Below, piece after piece: positions 58,243-64,000 of a stretch of 64,000 bases of DNA. The notes beneath the pieces were generated by a model. It saw only the letters and a program-made list of their open reading frames with translations, ran no database searches and had not been told where the DNA came from. A program made the position numbers and the translations under genes. The stretch is taken from positions 49,669-113,668 of the forward strand of contig CBDUKN010000007.1 in the NCBI GenBank assembly GCA_965367815.1, given 5' to 3'. Each line of letters begins with the position of its first letter. Position 1 is the stretch's first letter. Source of the DNA: an uncultured Thermoprotei archaeon (lineage in GTDB: Archaea > Thermoproteota > Thermoprotei > Thermofilales > B15-G2).

Positions 58243-59114
58243 GGGCTTGGAATTCTGAAAGTTTTTTCTACTTTCTTTAAGAAGATGCTTGTAGTAGCAT
58301 TTATTTTTTCAAATATAGTGACTACTACTTTATATTCCCCTTTGCCTAATACTCCTAGATCAATTATAGCAGCAGGAGATGTGATAACTTGTATTACTAT
58401 TGTTTCTGGAGGAGGATTAATGTAGGTTACTTTTATGTAGAAAGTATTGCCTTTCCTCTTAATGCTGTCTACAATTAGGGTATATCCTCCAGTGCTTTTA
58501 AATCCTCTCGCTACAATTAGGTAAACGTGGTCGTTTTCACTTATTTTTTCTGATAAATCTTTAAATGATTTAAATTCAGTTAATGGCTTCGGGTACCCTC
58601 TAACATATATTCCTTCTTCTAAGTTTGTGTGCTGGACGACAATGTAGTTTAGCTCGATGATAATGAAGTGTTCGTGTGTAAGTGTTATTTCTGCTTCAGC
58701 ATTATCAGCTAAAAGTTTTACAAGTACTTTTCCGTATGATGGAACCGTGAAGAGGACTGCTTCAGTCTTGTAGTATATTCCCTGGCGGTATACTTCAGGC
58801 TTATATTCAACTACTTTGTCCTCATAGTAGACTCTAAAGACTACTGTTTTTAAATTAGAAGGCTTAGGTGAAAAGAACCATGCTCTGACTATAAAAACCA
58901 TTTTTTCGCTTGTAAATGCTATAGGAAGTACTTCAAGGCAATACGACCTTGTTCCACTACGAATCCATTTCTCTTGAGGAAACTCCGATAAGATTCTCTT
59001 TAAGCCTATCGCTATTGCTTTCTCTCTTTCTTTATAGAGAAGATGAGTATAAGCTAAAACTATCCCACAAACTACTAGCGCTGTAAGCACCACGGCTACT
59101 ACTTTCTTTTCCAT
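58239..59114 (-). CDS. Membrane-anchored protein with PrcB C-terminal-like domain
   Basis: N-terminal TM; G.KSTGGY.L.V..I and VIQVITSP motifs. Confidence 0.68.
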   Translation of the reverse strand: MEKKVVAVVLTALVVCGIVLAYTHLLYKEREKAIAIGLKRILSEFPQEKWIRSGTRSYCLEVLPIAFTSEKMVFIVRAWFFSPKPSNLKTVVFRVYYEDKVVEYKPEVYRQGIYYKTEAVLFTVPSYGKVLVKLLADNAEAEITLTHEHFIIIELNYIVVQHTNLEEGIYVRGYPKPLTEFKSFKDLSEKISENDHVYLIVARGFKSTGGYTLIVDSIKRKGNTFYIKVTYINPPPETIVIQVITSPAAIIDLGVLGKGEYKVVVTIFEKINATTSIFLKKVEKTFRIPSP

Positions 59115-59234
59115 ATTCCGATAATACTTACTCTAGGCTATAATTCTACTCCTTAGAAACGCTTTTATTTTAATTAAAGATTTTTAGGGGCTTGTATAGT
59201 AAAGTTTTACTTTTCAGTAGTCTTAGACATCTTA

Positions 59235-59774
59235 ATGTTAGTTGTCGTAGGGAGCATGAATCCTGTTAAGCTGAGCGGCGTCGAAAAAGCTTACCGTAAA
59301 GTTTTCGAAGATATTGAAGTAAAAGGTGTCAAGGTTTCTTCGGGAGTGTCTCCTCAGCCGCTTTCGCTAGAAGAAACAGTAGAGGGTGCTGTAAATAGGG
59401 CTAAGAATGCTTTAAAATCTGTTGAGGGAGCTGAGCACGGAGTAGGTGTTGAGGCAGGCTGGGTCGCTGTAAGAGATTCGTGGATTGACGTGCAGGTAGC
59501 AGCAATATTTACTAAGAGTGGTGAGCTGAGTATAGGCTTTAGTCCAGCTTTTCCTTTACCTAAAATAGTTGTTGACAGTGTTTTAAGCGAGAGTATTGAA
59601 ATGGAAGATATTATGATAAGGCTTACTGGAATAGATGCGATAGGTGAGAAGGAGGGGGCTATAGGCTATTTCACAAAAAATATGGTCAAAAGAGAGGATC
59701 TAACTTACTACGCTGTACTTATGGCTCTTTTACCTTTCATGCCGTGGAACAGGAGAATTTTTAGTGGTCGTTAA
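59235..59774 (+). CDS. yjjX: Inosine/xanthosine triphosphatase (DUF84)
   Basis: GS.NPVK, SGV..QP....T..GA.NRA, GVEAG, GAIG.FT. Confidence 0.9.
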   Translation: MLVVVGSMNPVKLSGVEKAYRKVFEDIEVKGVKVSSGVSPQPLSLEETVEGAVNRAKNALKSVEGAEHGVGVEAGWVAVRDSWIDVQVAAIFTKSGELSIGFSPAFPLPKIVVDSVLSESIEMEDIMIRLTGIDAIGEKEGAIGYFTKNMVKREDLTYYAVLMALLPFMPWNRRIFSGR

Positions 59775-60793
59775 GAACACTCTATAAGCACTTTAACTGC
59801 TTCTCTTTTCTTTTCGACAGCAATTCTATAGGCTTCATCTACTTTACTTAAGGGCAGTACGTGGGTTATGAGGGGAGTGACTTGGAGTTTTCGAGAAGCA
59901 ATGAGGCTTATAGCTCTCTCAAAGTCTTCTCTAAGGTACATTAAGCTTCCTTTAATCACTATTTCGCCATCTTGAACTAAGTGTATTTTAATAGGTGTTT
60001 TTCCGCTGAAAACGCCCACTACAATAATTTCTCCTCCTCTCCTCACTACATCTATCGCTTGGTTTATTGTAGCTTCTATGCCGACGCACTCAAATACGAG
60101 GTCTACTGAATCGGGGCCAAGTTTTTCTTCAATAAATTTCTTTAAGTCTACTTGAGATACATTGACTGTGTAATCTGCACCAAGTTTTTCGGCAAGCTTG
60201 AGTCTGAGGTCAATGATATCTGTCACAATTACTTTGCTTGCCCCAGCTAGCTTAGCGCACTGTAGTGTAAGAAGACCAATAGGGCCTGCGCCCAAAACTA
60301 CAACGTTGTCTCCCAGCTTTATGTCACTTAATCTGACTGCGTGTATAGCGACAGCGGCTGGCTCAACTAAAGCTGCTTCTCTCAGCGAAATTTCTTCAGG
60401 TAACTTGAAGACAAGGTTTTCGTCTACTGCAAATAGCTCAGCCATAGCTCCGTCTACTTGGCATCCTATTACTTTCAAGTTCCTGCAAATATTGTATCTA
60501 CCTGTTTTGCAGTTGTAGCAAGTGCCGCAAGTAAGCTGAGGAATAACAGTTACTTTATCTCCGGGCTTTACTTTCTTGACTCTATCGCCTACTTTGACGA
60601 TTACGCCAGAAAACTCGTGTCCCGGTGTGATAGGGGGCTTTATGAACGGGTGTTTTCCGAGAAAAGCGTGAATATCGCTTCCACATATTCCACAGTACTT
60701 GACTTTAATCAATACTTGATTGTCTGAAATCTTTGGTTCAGGAACATCCTCTACAACTATTTTCCCGGGACTCAGAACTCTAGCTCTCTTCAC
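59771..60793 (-). CDS. Zn-dependent polyol/sugar dehydrogenase (MDR family)
   Basis: CGICGSD, GHEFSG, CGTCYNC..C, VEP, GAGPIG. Confidence 0.9.
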   Translation of the reverse strand: MKRARVLSPGKIVVEDVPEPKISDNQVLIKVKYCGICGSDIHAFLGKHPFIKPPITPGHEFSGVIVKVGDRVKKVKPGDKVTVIPQLTCGTCYNCKTGRYNICRNLKVIGCQVDGAMAELFAVDENLVFKLPEEISLREAALVEPAAVAIHAVRLSDIKLGDNVVVLGAGPIGLLTLQCAKLAGASKVIVTDIIDLRLKLAEKLGADYTVNVSQVDLKKFIEEKLGPDSVDLVFECVGIEATINQAIDVVRRGGEIIVVGVFSGKTPIKIHLVQDGEIVIKGSLMYLREDFERAISLIASRKLQVTPLITHVLPLSKVDEAYRIAVEKKREAVKVLIECS

Positions 60794-60876
60794 AATAACA
60801 TAGTCTTCTCAAATCAATAAAACACTTTCTATCAAAAATATGTACAGTAATTAGATTAAGTAAATTCAGTTGGAAA

Positions 60877-62511
60877 TTATTTGCGAGAAAGCTTTTTCTC
60901 TAAATCTAGCTGTGAGGCAGCTGACCAGAATCTCGCGACAATTCTCTCAAGGCCTTCAGGCTTTCTTTCAGATAGCCAAAGATCAGAGTAAATACTAGCG
61001 AGTTCTAAGAACTCCATTACAGTAGCTCTTCCTTCAACTTTCCTCAACCCTACTTCAAGACACCGCTTAATGAAGGCTAAATCAGGCGGGAGAACGGTTT
61101 TCTCTAATTTCTTTAGAACTTCTTTCCAAGTAGTGTACACGGGTAAGTCTTTTACTTCGCTTACAGCTTTAAAAAGCACAGGCTTAATGTACTCTGAAAC
61201 TTCTTTCTTTCCAAAAAGTTTTCTCGCCTCAAGTGCTTCGAGAGACTCGCCTGTCAAAGCCAGCCATTTTTCTTCCCATTCGCCTGAGCCTTCAGCATAC
61301 TCCATAGTAATTAAAAGAAGAGGCTCTAGGAAAGAGAACAAGCATTCTTCGCCGTCGTCGCCCCATGCAGTCACCATAAATCCTTCGACTTTTTCTTCTT
61401 TAGCGGCTTCAGTAAAGTTCTTTATGTTAACGAGAGCGACATCGAAGTCAGGGTAATACCTATTCCAGTTCGAGAACCCTGGGCAGACTATTTGCCTATA
61501 TCCTTTTTCCTTAAATACTCTTATTTTTTCTATAAAGTACTCTTTAGGTGAAGGACTATAGTCCCAGTTAGCCATAAGCGCTTTACTCCAGATAGGGTTT
61601 TCCAACACACTTCTCCACAACTCTTTTTCCTCTTCTCTAACCGACTTTCCTAGCAGCATGTCACCCCACATTACTGGAATCTTATTTTTTCTCTTGACGC
61701 GTTTAATTAGCTCAGAGTGGTAGTCTGCGTAGAGTTTAGGTCCTTCATATATTCTTGTTTTATCCAGACTTCGTCCTCTACCCATAGCCCATGTTTCGTC
61801 CCCGCCGATGTGAATGTACTTCGATTCTGTTTTCTCTAAGGCTTCTTCAAGTAGGCTGAAAGCAAATTCTCTTGCTTCATTGTCTGCTACGTTTAAGCAT
61901 CCTTCGGCAGGTCTATGCCACTCGCTATATTTTCTGAACTCAGGGAGTGTTAGAATATGCTCCATGTGTCCTGCTAGTTCGAGTGATGGAAAAACTTCTA
62001 TTCCGAGATTTTTGCCATATTCGACTACTTCGCGCCACTCTTCTACGCTAAGTTTACCTCTTTTCGCGCCTATTTGTGGATATTTTTCCCACGGGAAAAG
62101 GTCTTCGAAGTATATTGCAAAGTAGTTGTATTTAAGCAGGAAAAGCCATCTGAGAATTCTTTTGAAGGTCTCTACTTTTGGTACACCTCCGCGTGCAATA
62201 TCGAGGTGAAAGCCCCTAAATTTAAATGTGAATTTTTCTTTAACTAGCAGTTCAGGGAGTTTTGTTTTAGTTTGCTTAATTATTTGTATTAGGGTAGCGT
62301 AACAGATGTTTTCATTACCCCATATTTCGACAGTCTTGTCGCATATTTTTAAGCCAGTTCCTTCGCGCTCTACTTTCTTTATAGTCCATGTCCCTTTAGG
62401 AATGTTAAACTCTTTGCTTAGGAACTCCGGGAAGTTAGAGAAGCCATCGAAGTAGAAGAATTTGTCTGTAGTTTTTAATTTAACTGGTTCGGGTACTATT
62501 TTAACTACCAC
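60877..62511 (-). CDS. GH20 beta-N-acetylhexosaminidase
   Basis: RGFHLD, GH.E, HIGGDE (catalytic DE), MWGD, WDY, TAWGD; no signal peptide. Confidence 0.88.
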   Translation of the reverse strand: MVVKIVPEPVKLKTTDKFFYFDGFSNFPEFLSKEFNIPKGTWTIKKVEREGTGLKICDKTVEIWGNENICYATLIQIIKQTKTKLPELLVKEKFTFKFRGFHLDIARGGVPKVETFKRILRWLFLLKYNYFAIYFEDLFPWEKYPQIGAKRGKLSVEEWREVVEYGKNLGIEVFPSLELAGHMEHILTLPEFRKYSEWHRPAEGCLNVADNEAREFAFSLLEEALEKTESKYIHIGGDETWAMGRGRSLDKTRIYEGPKLYADYHSELIKRVKRKNKIPVMWGDMLLGKSVREEEKELWRSVLENPIWSKALMANWDYSPSPKEYFIEKIRVFKEKGYRQIVCPGFSNWNRYYPDFDVALVNIKNFTEAAKEEKVEGFMVTAWGDDGEECLFSFLEPLLLITMEYAEGSGEWEEKWLALTGESLEALEARKLFGKKEVSEYIKPVLFKAVSEVKDLPVYTTWKEVLKKLEKTVLPPDLAFIKRCLEVGLRKVEGRATVMEFLELASIYSDLWLSERKPEGLERIVARFWSAASQLDLEKKLSRK

Positions 62512-62562
62512 GTTAGGTCTATCTACTTGGCAAATAATATAGCTTCTTATGGGATGATGTGC

Positions 62563-62856
62563 TTACGTGAGAAAACTTATAGCATGGGTAAATATTAACT
62601 CTGTGGGATTATGGATGCTCTTCAGTTTTCTGACTGCGCCGTAGTCTTCGATTTTTCTCAGTATACGCTGTAGTTCACTGCTTTCTTTCTTGAAGACACC
62701 TACCCAGCCGAGCTTACCTGACTTTACTCTAAGCTCTACAACATCACCTAAGTCAATAACCTGGTATAGCACATACCTAGCGTACCTAACACACTCCTCA
62801 ACGTCCTCCCACTTCTCAACAACAAACACCACTCGAGCCCGCCAAGAAAACAGCAC
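62563..62856 (-). CDS. Small hypothetical protein (start may be GTG near 62829-62832)
   Basis: Open frame with protein-like composition; no family recognised. Confidence 0.55.
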   Translation of the reverse strand: MLFSWRARVVFVVEKWEDVEECVRYARYVLYQVIDLGDVVELRVKSGKLGWVGVFKKESSELQRILRKIEDYGAVRKLKSIHNPTELIFTHAISFLT

Positions 62857-63220
62857 ACATATATATTAGCATGCTAGAAAACTGACTAATTTTCCCTAAA
62901 GTCAGAGAATGCACTTAATCTCAGCTACAACTCTCTCTTAGTGTATTTACCTATAAACAGTACTGGCCACTTTATTACATTGGAGTTAATATAACTACAG
63001 TAATTGTTGCAATTAAGCGTCTAAAATAGTTTAAGGGATTTAGTGCTTTTAATGACATTACAATTAAATGCACTATAAGTAATACTATATTTTACTGAAT
63101 ATTTGAGTATTTTAAATATGTAAATTAACCAAGTAAAGTTTAAATGAATTTAGGAAATAATAAAATATTGTTTATATTAAATAAGTTATTTTAACTATAA
63201 TTAAACTATATATATGTTGT

Positions 63221-64000
63221 TTATTTTTCTGTTATTATTTGTTCTTTTATTAGTTTTCTGTATGTTTGATTTGTTTTTATTAGTTGTTTGTGTGTTCCTT
63301 GGCCTGCTATTTTACCGTTTTCTAGTACTATTATTTTATTCATGTATGTTATTGTCGATAATCTATGTGAAATTACAATGAATGTTGTGTTTGGCAGGTA
63401 TTTGAATAAGTTATTGAATATTCTTTTTTCTGTCTCGGAGTCTACTGCAGCTAAAGCTTCATCTAGTATGAGTACGTAGGGTTTGTCTAGTATTGCTCTC
63501 GCTAAATTAACTCTTTGTTTCTGGCCGTCAGATAAACTTACACCACCTCTACCAACTCTAGCATCCAGCTTATCTAAAAGTTCTTCAAGACAACAAACCT
63601 TAACTACTTCAAGCAATTCTTCTTCACTAATACTTCTGCCTAGTAGAATATTTTCTCTTAGAGTCATGTCGCTGAATAATGGTGCTTCGTGAGGCACGTA
63701 AGCTATTTTAGGTGAAGGTAAAATGTATTCACGTGCGTCAATACCATTAATAAGTACTTCGCCTCCACACGGCTTAAGAAAACCAGACATCAAGAGAGCT
63801 AAAGTAGTTTTACCAGAACCAGTCCTACCTACTACAGCAATTTTCTCGCCTCTTCCTACTACCAAAGAAATATTCTTTAATACATCTGCATCATCGTATC
63901 TAAAGAAGACATTTCTCAATTCAAGAGAACCAAAAGACTCTAATTCCCTCCAACCCCCCACCTCCTCTTCTTCTTCAAGAAAATCAACTACACGAATAGC
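63221..64000 (-). CDS. ABC exporter ATP-binding domain, 5'-truncated by window edge
   Basis: GRTGSGKTT, LSDGQKQR, ILDEA, ISHR; frame runs off the window. Confidence 0.88.
   Translation of the reverse strand, partial: AIRVVDFLEEEEEVGGWRELESFGSLELRNVFFRYDDADVLKNISLVVGRGEKIAVVGRTGSGKTTLALLMSGFLKPCGGEVLINGIDAREYILPSPKIAYVPHEAPLFSDMTLRENILLGRSISEEELLEVVKVCCLEELLDKLDARVGRGGVSLSDGQKQRVNLARAILDKPYVLILDEALAAVDSETEKRIFNNLFKYLPNTTFIVISHRLSTITYMNKIIVLENGKIAGQGTHKQLIKTNQTYRKLIKEQIITEK

Noticed and set aside
62550-62635. Possible C/D sRNA starting GGATGATG
   Set aside because: No D', C' or D boxes at proper spacing
290-63692. Many short antisense or nested ORFs in the track (e.g. 290-619, 9939-10361, 23366-23830, 44220-44735, 61070-61456)
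   Set aside because: They lie within well-supported genes and have shadow-frame composition with no motifs
1-64000. CRISPR array, tRNA or rRNA genes
   Set aside because: No regularly spaced 24-40 nt repeats, tRNA cloverleafs or long GC-rich rRNA tracts seen by eye

Overview
Chromosomal window from an AT-rich archaeon, most consistent with a (hyper)thermophilic Thermoproteota such as Thermofilales. This rests on TATA-type promoters, GAGGTG ribosome-binding sites, many GTG starts, box C/D sRNAs, an acdA alpha subunit, a class III signal-peptide pilin and a HEPN/MNT pair. It holds about 44 protein genes and is cut within ABC exporters at both ends. I saw no rRNA, tRNA or CRISPR array. Most notable: (1) a ~16 kb same-strand envelope locus (8293-24071) with three paralogous FtsX/MacB-like proteins, one fused to a degenerate M28/PA peptidase domain, two OPT/DUF6785-like transporters and a membrane-anchored alpha/alpha-barrel protein, but no ATPase; (2) a 2175-aa protein that fuses an insertion-expanded UDP-glucose/GDP-mannose dehydrogenase to a C-terminal ATP-grasp domain; (3) a TnpB-only IS607-like element that appears to have split a GC-rich, K-turn-like structured RNA upstream of a QueT-type transporter; (4) six box C/D-like sRNA candidates, three clustered in one intergenic region; (5) an 866-aa pilin whose globular domain is split by ~700 aa of nested inserts. 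All family assignments come from motif recognition by eye; no database searches were run.
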